From: Octopus sinensis
Lineage: Eukaryota
Length of the DNA stretch: 27,690 nt
NCBI RefSeq assembly: GCF_006345805.1
Contig: NW_021834092.1
Location: 1 to 27,690, forward strand
Direction of reading: 5' to 3'
In this document: positions 12,465-23,089 of the stretch, in pieces
Position numbering within the stretch: the first letter of the stretch is position 1
How the letters are laid out: each line of letters starts with the position of its first letter
Notes under the pieces: generated by a model
Seen by the model: only the letters and a program-made list of their open reading frames with translations
Told to the model about the DNA's origin: nothing
Databases searched by the model: none
Made by a program: the position numbers and the translations under genes

Positions 12465-12556
12465 AGTGGACTCTACGCCACAGAGTGGACTCTACGCCAC
12501 AGAGTGGACTCTACGCCACAGAGTGGACTCTACGCCACAGAGTGGACTCTACGCCA
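12465..12556. repeat. Perfect 19-bp minisatellite, 4.8 copies (AGTGGACTCTACGCCACAG)
   Basis: Copies start at 12465, 12484, 12503, 12522 and 12541; no spacers. Confidence 0.95.
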
Positions 12557-13062
12557 GAGGTTTGCAAGGATCATCTAGTGGGAATGATGGATTAAAACTG
12601 AGTGATGGATTAAAATGTTGTTTCATTTTATCGACATATTTAATCCTTTTAGGAAAGTCATAAAGGCTACGACTTCATATTCCATCATACTTCACTATAA
12701 ATACACGATCATGTACAACGGAAAAAATTTAAGAACTAACTAAATCGATATTATGTGTAATATTAAGAAAATAGTTTTTCAATTACAGTCAATTTCAGCG
12801 ATGGTGTTCTAACAATAGTTAACGGAAGCAAAAATATAATGAAATAAACAAAATCAAATGAAATAAAATAAAATGCGGTTTTGTAAAAGAGATAACGAAA
12901 ACTAGAGGAGGACAATATCAAAATATATTGAGGAATATTGCGGTAGTGATATAATATTACTTAATATTTTCCAGTGAGATGAAGATAATATATAATTACA
13001 GTTTGTTATCACGCATGTAATTTGATCGGTGCCAATATCTAATTTTAGTAAGGTATATAATG

Positions 13063-13095
13063 TGAAGAAGAAGAAGAAGAAGAAGGATAATAATG

Positions 13096-13135
<40 letters not shown>

Positions 13136-13172
13136 TGATGATAATGATGATGATGATGATGATGATGATGAC

Positions 13173-13218
<46 letters not shown>

Positions 13219-13625
13219 TGATGATGATGATGATGATATGATGATGATGATGATGACGGAGAAGAATAAGATGATGATGATGATGATAATGATGATGATG
13301 GGGAGGAGAGAAGAAAGAAAAGAAGAAGAAGAAGAAGAAGAGAGGAAGGGGGGAAGGAAGAGAAGAAGAAGTAGAAGAAGAAGAAGAATAAGAAGAAAAA
13401 GCGAAAAGAAGAAGTAGAAGACAGAAGAAGAAGAAAAGAAGAAGAAGAAGAAAAGCAGAAGAAGAAGAAGAAGAAGAAGAATACGAAGAAGAAGAAGAAG
13501 ATAGAAGAAGAAGAAGCAGAAGAAGAAGAAGAAGATGATGATGATGATGATGATGAGCATGATGATTAGGAGGAAAGAATAAGAAGAAAACAGAGAAGAA
13601 AAAGATGAAAAAAAAATGAAGAAGG
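13063..13625. repeat. Compound (AAG)n/(AAT)n/(GAT)n trinucleotide repeat
   Basis: Directly visible. Confidence 0.95.
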
Positions 13626-13872
13626 GTTGGAGGAGGAGAAAAATAGCAATAATAAAATAACTAATGATAGAGTGTTATTTAGCAGCGACAGAAGAGTAAA
13701 TACGAGATGCGCAGCTCTGCTAGAAAATACCGCTTCCTATTCTATTTCACTCCTACTCGGCTTCGCTTGTTGTGGAACAATTTTTAGACAAACATTTTCT
13801 CAGCTTCTTGGCTGATGCCTTTGGGAGTTTCCAGTTAGACGTGTTTGTCCACCAAACAAGACTACGAAATAC

Positions 13873-13910
13873 AACTCATTTTCTTGTGTTTTTTCCCTCC
13901 CTCCCGCAGG
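13873..13910 (+). other. Candidate spliceosomal 3' splice site
   Basis: Branch-like aaCTCAT, ~27-nt polypyrimidine tract, then cgcAG|G (AG at 13908-13909). No convincing donor or coding frame identified downstream. Confidence 0.35.
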
Positions 13911-14594
13911 ATATTGTCAGCTTGCTAGTGTCTGCAATATCCTGATAAAAGGAAGAGGAGGAAGAATATTAGACGCCAATACAACAAATAAAAATGCGAC
14001 AAAGTGAAATGTCACAGCCTCTGGCTTTTAACCAGAGGATTTCTGCTTGACGTTGCTGTCTCTCTCTCACGTCATCACTTGGGAGAACATAGATGACAGC
14101 TTGAACAACAAAATTTGTTGAAATTCTAATCTTAATCTGCCTTGCAGGAAATATGTTTCTTTCAAATAGCAAACCATATATTTTATGCTACTCGATTTTA
14201 AGTTGTTTTTTTTTTTTATATATATATTTTTACATCGAATTCCTTTCATGCCTTTATTATTGTCAAATTGTTCAGCATTCTTTTCTGATATTCATTTATT
14301 TATTCATTTTCTTTCTATTTTGCTATGTCTTGTCTTTCTTCCTTGTCCTATTCCTCCAAGAAGGATCTGAAAGAAAATATTGACTCAATACTTTACCATG
14401 TTCTCATTGCAGAGAACTAACATCTGGAAAGAGGTCTTGAAAATGGAACAGAAATTTTGCCCAGAAGCATACAACTTTCTCCCATTTACTCTTAAGAAAA
14501 GAAAGGCAATATTCATTCATTTTAAAGAAAAGTTTAATTTCCACTTGTCTTTCAGTATGAAAATACACAAGATTTCAAAATGAAGTCCTCAAAC

Positions 14595-14597
<3 letters not shown>

Positions 14598-14662
<65 letters not shown>

Positions 14663-14688
14663 TGATATTGATATTGATATTGATATTG
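14598..14688. repeat. (TA)n followed by (ATATTG)n
   Basis: Directly visible. Confidence 0.9.
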
Positions 14689-15790
14689 TTATTAATACAA
14701 AAGGTTTTTCGATCGTTTTTAGTGCTGTAGGCTTCATTGAGATTGAATGAAGAACAGAAAACGCTCACCAAACGCTTTTATAGCAAGAGTTTAAACTATA
14801 GCAATATAGTATGTTGCAATAGTCTATCTATATGGTGCAAAGCAATATGGAGACCGTTATGGAGTTGCATGATATGTTACTAATAGCAGCCAAATACACC
14901 TACAAATCATGCACTGTTTCTTGGCAAAGAAAACCAGGTTGAATAATAAAACCTTCATGACCATAGATCTGAAGAAATGTAGTCAGTGTTCAAAGCATGC
15001 ACTGTCTTTGATTAAATGTCCCTCTATCGATGTTGATCTGCGTTAAATAACAACTATCACAACAGCAGCAGCAACTACAACAAGAGCAACAGCAGTGTCG
15101 AAAAAGAACGATATGTATGGTAAATGCAACCGTTTTCTGAGCTAAGTTACGACTTGTGAATGACCGATGACTAGTGTATGGGAGCCATGATCAAGTTTCG
15201 GTCACCATTACTTGACATTAGTCGGGTAATGTCCTTCACAATGTTATAAAGCCACAAAATGGACGGTACTGCATCATTTTCACACACACACAAACACACA
15301 AACACAGACGCACAAACACACACACACACATCTATATATAGACACACAGACTTCTCTCACACACATAAATATGTGTATCTGTGTACATATACATATATGA
15401 ATGTCAGTATGTATATATTTATGCGCGTATTCGTAAATACATCTCTCTCTCTCTTTCTCGGTCTCTCTCTCTTTCTCGGTCTCTCTCTCTTTACTATTCT
15501 ATCACTGCATATATGCGATTCATTTGAATCAAGATATTTTGATATTAAGGACACGAAGCAAAGGGCGCGATCCACCCATCCGTGTACATACCACATAGCG
15601 TTTTTTCAGATGGCCAGATAACCGAAGAGATGGTGTTGTGGATTTCCACTTCGGCATTCGAAACTCAGAGTTTTATCTTGACTATTGAATAATTGTAACA
15701 TATTATTTTATAGATAAATTTCCTATTTACATAATATTGAGGTCTCTTTCTTTTGTTACCTTACCATTTTTACCAATATATATATATATA

Positions 15791-16162
15791 GGCGCAGGAG
15801 TGGCTGTGTGGTAAGTAGCTTGCTAACCAACCACGTGGTACCTTGGGCAAGTGTCTTCTACTATAGCCTCGGGCCGACCAATGCCTTCTGAGTGGATTTG
15901 GTAGACGGAAACTGAAAGAAGCCTGTCGTATATATGTATATATATATATATATGTGTGTTTGTGTGTCTGTGTTTGTCCCCCTAGCATTGCTTGACAACC
16001 GATGCTGGTGTGTTTACGTCCCCGTCACCTAGCGGTTCGGCAAAAAGAGACCGATAGAATAAGTACTGGGCTTACAAAGAATAAGTCCCGGGGTCGATTT
16101 GCTCGACTAAAGGCGGTGCTCCAGCATGGCCGCAGTCAAATGACTGAAACAAGTAAAAGAGT
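15791..16162 (+). mobile_element. tRNA-headed SINE with internal microsatellite; B-box segment deleted
   Basis: GGCGCAGGAGTGGCTGTGTGGTAAG head, CORE-like accttgggcaagtgtctt, internal (TA)/(TG), tail ccagcatggccgcagtcaaatgactgaaacaagtaaaagagta. Lacks the ggttcagtccc segment seen in sister copies. Confidence 0.9.
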
Positions 16163-16167
16163 ATATA

Positions 16168-16325
16168 TATACGACGGGCTTCTTTCAGCTTCCGTCTACC
16201 AAGTCCACTCACAGGACTTTGGTCAGGTGAAGGCTATAGTAGAAGACATTTGTGCAAGGTCCCATGCAGTGGGTCTGAACCCAGAACCATGTGGTTGGAA
16301 AGCAAGCTTCTTACCACATCGCCAC
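16168..16325 (-). mobile_element. 5' half of the same SINE family, inverted relative to the preceding copy
   Basis: tatacgacgggcttctttcag...ggctatagtagaagac...gcaagcttcttaccaca is the reverse complement of the first half of 15791-16162. Confidence 0.9.
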
Positions 16326-16969
16326 ACAAATACACACACACACACACATATTGGTAATTATGTGTTCACCTTGTCAAATTATTTCATCATTTTATTTCAT
16401 CAGACTGAATCTAAAATATGTCTGGCTTACAGAATGACAAGTGAGTCATCAAGTCTACATCATCTCAGCTTCCAATACACATTTCCATTCAATTCTATTT
16501 GCCTTTCTCGTACGTCACATTTGAAAAGAAAAAGAAAAGCAGCCACGAGCGAAGACACAATTTACAGTTGCACTCTTACTTACAATTAATAGTATTTATG
16601 TCAACCGAAGAAATAGTCAATGAGAATGTAATTCCAATATGTAGTACGCCTCGTTGGGAGAGACACCACGGTAGTATTAAAAACGTGCTTGCTATAGCAG
16701 ATATGTTTTTCTTCTGCAAGGAAGAAAGAAATAAACTAAATAAAAATCAAATAGCCATGACAAAAAAAAAAGTAGATAACAAGAGAGAAGAATGGTTCGA
16801 TGTATTTATGGCAATATTATCGTTAAATAGCATTATGGTCTCGTGAATTCGTTCGTCTACTCAGTCCAGAATAAAAGATAATTTCTTTTAGTGTTACTAG
16901 CAGACTGACACAGATTCCGATAAAGAAATATAACAGACGAAATGACAATAACGCACAATACTTAATAGG

Positions 16970-16993
16970 TGTATATGCATGCATGTGTGTATG

Positions 16994-17029
<36 letters not shown>

Positions 17030-17031
17030 TG

Positions 17032-17062
<31 letters not shown>

Positions 17063-17307
17063 CTATATAATATATATATATATAATATGTTTGTGTACTA
17101 TATTTATATGTATGTTATGTATATATGTATGTATATTATATATATATATATTTATGTTTTATGTATTTATATATATCTGTATGCTTCTATCATACAATGT
17201 GTGTATGTATCTATCTATATGTATGTATCTATTATATATATATATATATTTATTTATTTATTTATATATATATGTATATTTATATATGCATACAAGTACC
17301 ATATACA

Positions 17308-17347
<40 letters not shown>

Positions 17348-17756
17348 TTTTAATATATATAAATACGTATACATGCATATATATATATATATATGTTAAT
17401 ATTATATCTATATATATAGATATATCTATATATATATATTATGTATATATTATGATATATATATATATATATAGATGTGTGTGTAAATATATGTATATTA
17501 TGTATGTATGGGTCTATGTATGATATATGTATGTATATATATATATATAATATATTTATGAATTTATTTATTTATATAGTAATATGTATTTATATAGGAT
17601 ACAAGTACATATACATGCATATATCTATTATATATATATATATATATTCTATATATATATATACATATATTTATATATATCTAAATACGTATACATGCAT
17701 ATTATATATATATATTGCATCTATATATGTGTATGTATGTATGTATTTATGTATAA
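16970..17756. repeat. ~790 bp degenerate (TA)n tract
   Basis: Directly visible, extremely AT-rich. Confidence 0.95.
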
Positions 17757-17888
17757 AAATGTTTGCTCATTGGAAGAATATCGCTGATATACCGAAAATG
17801 AAGTGACTTCAGTATGTAACCTCATGTTGCGTACTTATCGATAAGACAGATATATATAATATATATATATACATATACATACATACAT

Positions 17889-17934
<46 letters not shown>

Positions 17935-18159
17935 CATACATATATATATATATACATAATGTTAGAACTGAATAATTAAAAACTTGTGATTATTAATGTA
18001 TGACGATATGAAAAGAAATTTTGAAATGGAAACAAATTTCACATTAATTGTCTCATTTGAAAAGACTAACATTGCTGCTGATTATTTCGACACAGTTTTT
18101 GAAAATGACTTAAAATCAACCAAAGGAATATCAAAAACTTAATTCAAAATCTCACAACG

Positions 18160-18215
18160 TTGCAAACACGAGATTTCTGGTTCAATCTCACTGCGCGTCA
18201 CATTTGTCAAGTGAA
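18160..18215 (+). mobile_element. Degenerate SINE head fragment
   Basis: ggttcaatctcactgcgcgtcacatttgtcaagtg resembles the B-box/CORE junction of the SINE family in this window. Confidence 0.4.
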
Positions 18216-18328
18216 TTTGGCAAACAGAAAATTTGGTACACGCTCGTATACGTATATACAAAGTGTTACACAATATTTTTATATGTCTGTTTCTCTCTGT
18301 CTTTCTATCTCCCTATCCAGCAATCCAC

Positions 18329-18419
<91 letters not shown>

Positions 18420-18423
18420 ACTA

Positions 18424-18475
<52 letters not shown>

Positions 18476-18514
18476 TCTATCTGCCTACCTATAAATCTAC
18501 CTATCTATCGAACA

Positions 18515-18579
<65 letters not shown>

Positions 18580-18645
18580 CATATGTGTGTGTGTATGTAT
18601 ATGTATCTATACATACATATACATGTGTGCGTGTGTGTGTGTGTA
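18329..18645. repeat. (TCTA)n/(TCTG)n/(TC)n/(TA)n/(TG)n compound microsatellite
   Basis: Directly visible. Confidence 0.95.
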
Positions 18646-18720
18646 AGATATACATATAGAGGCAATTATGCAGATAAGCAAATCAGATACATTAAACATA
18701 GATATACGTACACATAGATA

Positions 18721-18742
18721 TACTACTGCTGCTGCTACTACT

Positions 18743-18820
<78 letters not shown>

Positions 18821-18855
18821 AATAATAATAATAACAACAACAACAACAACAACAG

Positions 18856-18928
<73 letters not shown>
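18721..18928. repeat. (ACT)n/(GCT)n/(AAC)n/(AAT)n compound trinucleotide repeat
   Basis: Directly visible; ends in a perfect (AAT)n abutting the retroelement. Confidence 0.95.
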
Positions 18929-18930
<2 letters not shown>

Positions 18931-18993
18931 CGGGGGACTGGAGAACACCGGGGGACTGGAGAACACCGGGGGACTGGAGAACACCGGGGGACT
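18929..18993 (+). repeat. 18-bp tandem repeat ACCGGGGGACTGGAGAAC, 3.6 copies
   Basis: Perfect copies at 18929, 18947 and 18965, partial at 18983. Confidence 0.95.
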
Positions 18994-19201
18994 TTTAAGA
19001 TGTAAGAAGGAAAATTCAGAGCTCCGAAACCTATCCACAAACATCGAAAACAAGGACATCCTATGGAGCCAAAGTTTTACTAACAAAGAATTGGACTGTA
19101 TCCGAGTAAGTAATACAAATTGAAATTTATTACTATTTTCGAAACGAAATGATGTATTTTGACTCGATATCATCTCCACCTCTAACGCAACACATGTAAA
19201 C

Positions 19202-19870
19202 ATGCGTGAAACATCACGATCATCTCCGACCCCAAACACCATGTACAAAGGAACTACGAAGAAATTAAATGCCACCGATACTATTCAACCTAAGAATAAC
19301 AATCGAGCGGCACGTACATTAAACCTACAACAAAAAATGTACGAAAAACTACACGTGCGAAATAATGTGACAACAGAAATAAACGGACTGGTACCCTACG
19401 AAAATGACGACCGTCAAAATAATGGGCCGGACGTTGTACCTCATGTCCCGCAAATAAAACCCAAAAGACGTAAATGGACACGTGAGGAATACATTTCTAT
19501 CTTACACGCATACTTCACAGCAGTACTCTACCCAAAAAATGAAAATACAACAACACATACATATAAAATATGGAAGGAAAATAATAGAGATTTAGACTTG
19601 GATACAGCAATGAACCCTAATAAATTAGCTAACGTACGAAGATACATTCTCAACACAAAAAAAATATCAGAAATAGAAATAGAACACCTAAAAGAAAACA
19701 TACACCAGGAAAATGTAGATAGAAGCCACACAACAATGCCCAATAATATAAACACTGGCACTACTAGGCACTGCACACATCCTACGCAGAACACTTTCCA
19801 TACAATAACCATCAGAGCATCACAACAAATCACAGCACATACCCAAGGCACACAGAGCTGCGCTCGGTAG
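19202..19870 (+). CDS. Chimeric retroelement ORF: N-terminal region of Dong/R4-like protein plus out-of-frame 3' end; no RT or endonuclease
   Basis: 222-aa complex-sequence ORF with no stops. After ~19757 it reads the C-terminal ALLGTAHILRRTL segment in a different frame. Confidence 0.55.
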   Translation: MRETSRSSPTPNTMYKGTTKKLNATDTIQPKNNNRAARTLNLQQKMYEKLHVRNNVTTEINGLVPYENDDRQNNGPDVVPHVPQIKPKRRKWTREEYISILHAYFTAVLYPKNENTTTHTYKIWKENNRDLDLDTAMNPNKLANVRRYILNTKKISEIEIEHLKENIHQENVDRSHTTMPNNINTGTTRHCTHPTQNTFHTITIRASQQITAHTQGTQSCAR

Positions 19871-19908
19871 TGAAGTGAAAGCACGCTATAAAAATAAAAA
19901 TAAAACTA

Positions 19909-19912
<4 letters not shown>

Positions 19913-19991
<79 letters not shown>
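19913..19991. repeat. (TAA)n microsatellite
   Basis: Perfect run between two retroelements. Confidence 0.95.
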
Positions 19992-19993
<2 letters not shown>

Positions 19994-21462
19994 GAGTTCA
20001 AAGATACTGGATCAAAAGATTTTGTGAATGTCATGCACCAATAGCTGCACAACCCAACACCTTGTTAAATGCCGACCGAGTAACACCAGAGTGGTTGACA
20101 ATGGGTAGGACTGTGCTGTGCTTGAAAAACATTGAAAAAGGCAACACGGTAGACAATTACAGGCCAATATCCTTCTTGCCACTTATATAGAAATTTTTGA
20201 CTGGAATTATCGCAGAGTAATTGTAGGGACATTTGGATAAAATGGATTCCTGCTACATGAGCAGAAGGTTTGCAAACGTAAGTGCAGAGATACCAAGGAT
20301 CAACTCCTGGTAGACAAAACTGTACTTAGAGACTGCAAGAGGAGAAAAACTAACTTAGCCATGTCATGGATAGATTATCGTAAGGCATACGATATGAACC
20401 CACATTCTTGGATTATGAATTATTTGGTATTGCATCGAGTGTTGAGCGATTGCTTGGAAAAAGCATTGCGAAATGGAGGACGGCACACAGACAGACTGTA
20501 TGTATCAAGAAAAAGAAGGGGGAAGAGTACTGATTGGATACAAACACAGCATTAGAGCTGAAGAAAACAGCAGAGCATGGTATGTAAAAAATGTTACAGA
20601 ACCACTATTATTGGAAATAAGAAGGTCAAGCTTGTGTAGGATGGAAGATTGCGAAGATAAAGCACTGTACAAGCACTTGAGAATGAATGAAACTGAAAAT
20701 AGGTAGGTAAAATAAAGAAGGCATGGACATTTTCATATGTATGTTGAAAATAAGACAGACAGAGAAAAAAGATGGCTATGGTTGACTAAAAGTAATTTAA
20801 AAGCGGAAACGGAGGCTCTAATCTGTGCTGCCCAAAAGCAAACACTAAGAACCAATTACATCAAATACAGAATAGACGACACATCAGGAAATGATAACCA
20901 TATGGCATATTGTCAGTCAATGTACGCCACTAGCCCAGGAGGAATATAAGAAACACCACGAAAATGTAGCAAGGCTTGTCCAGTGGAAATTTTGCAACAA
21001 GTATGGACTTGGCAGAGCTAAATAGTGGTACGAATATAAACCCAAAGGCATAATCGAAGATGATAATGCAAAGATCCATAGTGTTAACTGAGAAAAAATC
21101 AAACAATGCGGGATCATATATATAGCATGCCTAGCTGACAACAATATATGCGATAAGGGAGAAAGAAAAGTCGATGGATATGACAGGTTAGCTTGGAGTT
21201 TAAGTAGTTGTGGTCGATGGAAAAGCGGGTTTTAGTACCAATAATTGTCGGAGCCCTGGGATCAGTGAGTAAAAATCTTGAGAAGTACATATAACAAATA
21301 GGGGCTACAATATGGGTGGAGCACTTGCAGAAAACAACACTGCTTGGAACCGCTCGAATACTCCGAATGGTGCTCGGAAATTAAGTAGTGTTACATGAGT
21401 TCACTGGTAGGGAACAGCTGGCACTGTAGTACATCTCCAGCGTTAAAAGCTGTGCAAAGACA
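19992..21462 (+). mobile_element. Decayed R4/Dong-type retrotransposon (RT and restriction-like endonuclease pseudogene), second family
   Basis: Translated pieces: PEWLTMGRTVL...NYRPISFLPLI*K; [19 protein letters not shown]...[16 protein letters not shown]; DRLYVSRK; AETEALICAAQKQTLRTNYIK; VPIIVGALG...LQKTTLLGTARILRMVL. Many stops and frameshifts; ends in (TAA)n. Confidence 0.9.
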
Positions 21463-21545
21463 ATAAATAATAATAATAATGATGATGATGATGATGATAA
21501 AAATAATGATGATGTTGATGATGATAATAATAATAATAATAATAA

Positions 21546-21595
<50 letters not shown>

Positions 21596-21668
21596 TAATA
21601 ATAATAATAATATTAATAATAACAAGAAATATAATGATGATGATGATGATAATGATAATAATAATAAT
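21463..21668. repeat. (AAT)n/(GAT)n microsatellite
   Basis: Directly visible. Confidence 0.95.
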
Positions 21669-22212
21669 TTTTTAAGGCTTTTCCAGGATGTACAGGCAGG
21701 ACCACCAAAGGTAATCAATCCGATATTTTTGCGAAGGAAAGAAAACAATAAAGTGTGATCCTAATATTTCGGCAAAAGAATTTGATAAGCTCAGAAAATA
21801 TAGATTTGGTGATCAAATCGAAAAGATGTGGCATCTCAAGACGTTTACAACAGCAGTAGGAGTACTTGGAATGATCAAATAAGGAGCTGAAAATTATTTG
21901 AGAATTATCCCTGGCTTACCATCCATGCAGAGAGTGAAAAAGATTTCTTAACTGGTACGTCACATGTGTTGAGAAGAGCATTATCGCTCCGAATTTTCTT
22001 CCCTTTTTCTCGGTTATTCTTTTTTCGCTTTTCTCTTCCTTCCTTTTTCTGTCTGTCTATCTTCCACGTTTTTCTCTATCACATGACCTTGTAAATGAAC
22101 AATCTGATGCGTTTGTTTCAATGGCCTACCAATACATACAGTGCGTTTGTCTGCCCTAGGTGTCGGGAAGACACAAGACAAGAACTAGAAACAGAATTGA
22201 AAGAAGAGGAAA
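21669..22212 (+). mobile_element. Decayed 3' fragment of a third Dong-like family (endonuclease C-terminus and putative 3' UTR)
   Basis: Translated pieces: KGNQSDIFAK; KEFDKLRKY; QIEKMWHLKT...VGVLGMIK*GAENYLRIIPGLP; LTGTSHVLRRAL. These parallel the 22500-22853 ORF. Confidence 0.8.
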
Positions 22213-22287
22213 ATGATGATGATGATGATGATAATAATAATAATAATAATTATAATAATAATAATAATATTAATAATAATGATGATG

Positions 22288-22359
<72 letters not shown>

Positions 22360-22400
22360 TAATAATAATGATGATGATAATAATAATAATAATAATAATA

Positions 22401-22446
<46 letters not shown>
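22213..22446. repeat. (AAT)n/(GAT)n microsatellite
   Basis: Directly visible. Confidence 0.95.
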
Positions 22447-22950
22447 CATACACACCAGAAAATGTCACAGAAAACGAGAAAGCAACCATACTCGGGGATA
22501 TGCCAATACACACAGATAGAGAAATTAAGGCCAACAGACCAGATATAGTTGTCAGAGATCATGAAGAAAAAAGATGCTTTCTAATTTATGTATCAATGCC
22601 AGCAGATGACAACGTTTCTCTAAAAGAAATGGAGAAACTTTCAAAATACAAAGACCTGGAAAAAGAGGTAACCAGAATGTGGAATCTGAAAACAGAAACA
22701 ATTCCTATCATAGTAGGTGCATTAGGCATGATAAAAAAATATTCAGACAAATACATAACAAAAACACCAGGAATTACGGACACATATAACATACAGAAAA
22801 TTGCACTACTAAGCACTGCACACATCCTACGCAGAACACTTTCACTACAATAACCATCAGAGCATCACAACAAATCCCAGCACATACCCAAGGCACACAG
22901 AGGTGCGCTCGGTAGTGAAGTGAAAGCACGCTATAAAATAAAACTACTGA
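22447..22950 (+). mobile_element. 5'-truncated Dong-like element, copy A (restriction-like endonuclease domain and 3' UTR)
   Basis: ORF 22500-22853 (DREIKANRPDIVVRD...KEMEKLSKYKDL...MWNLKTETIPIIVGALG...TAHILRRTL) has the RLE signature; flanked by (TAA)n. Confidence 0.92.
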
Positions 22951-22962
22951 ATTATAATAATA

Positions 22963-22994
<32 letters not shown>

Positions 22995-23011
22995 TAATAA
23001 TAATGATGATG

Positions 23012-23050
<39 letters not shown>

Positions 23051-23089
23051 TAATAATAATAATAATAATAATAAAATAATAATAATAAT

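Larger units (their letters stand above)
18929..19912 (+). mobile_element. Internally deleted R4/Dong-type non-LTR retrotransposon (5' UTR and N-terminal ORF joined to the 3' end)
   Basis: Bounded by (TAA)n on both sides. ORF contains RRKWTREEYISILHAYF...NKLANVRRYI, resembling R4/Dong N-termini. 19758-19912 is nearly identical to 22803-22950. Confidence 0.85.

Noticed and set aside
12465-12556. CRISPR-like array
   Set aside because: Units are contiguous and identical with no spacers, no cas genes, and the context is eukaryotic.
16002-16589. 195-aa ORF, and similarly 11951-12367 and 557-1213
   Set aside because: They run through SINE or short-element sequence and microsatellites; chance open frames.
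63-18646. Dozens of 60-220 aa ORFs rich in YI, CV, HT, LSIY or homopolymers
   Set aside because: They are translations of stop-poor microsatellites on overlapping frames and both strands; no domain-like sequence.
18668-19123. Poly-T/poly-N ORF with TGGLEN repeats (and antisense ORF 18607-19275)
   Set aside because: The frame stays open only because of trinucleotide and 18-bp repeats; it crosses the microsatellite/retroelement boundary.
22500-22853. Stand-alone endonuclease gene
   Set aside because: It is the 3' remnant of a 5'-truncated retrotransposon with an internal Met and an apparent catalytic substitution; the duplicate is frameshifted.
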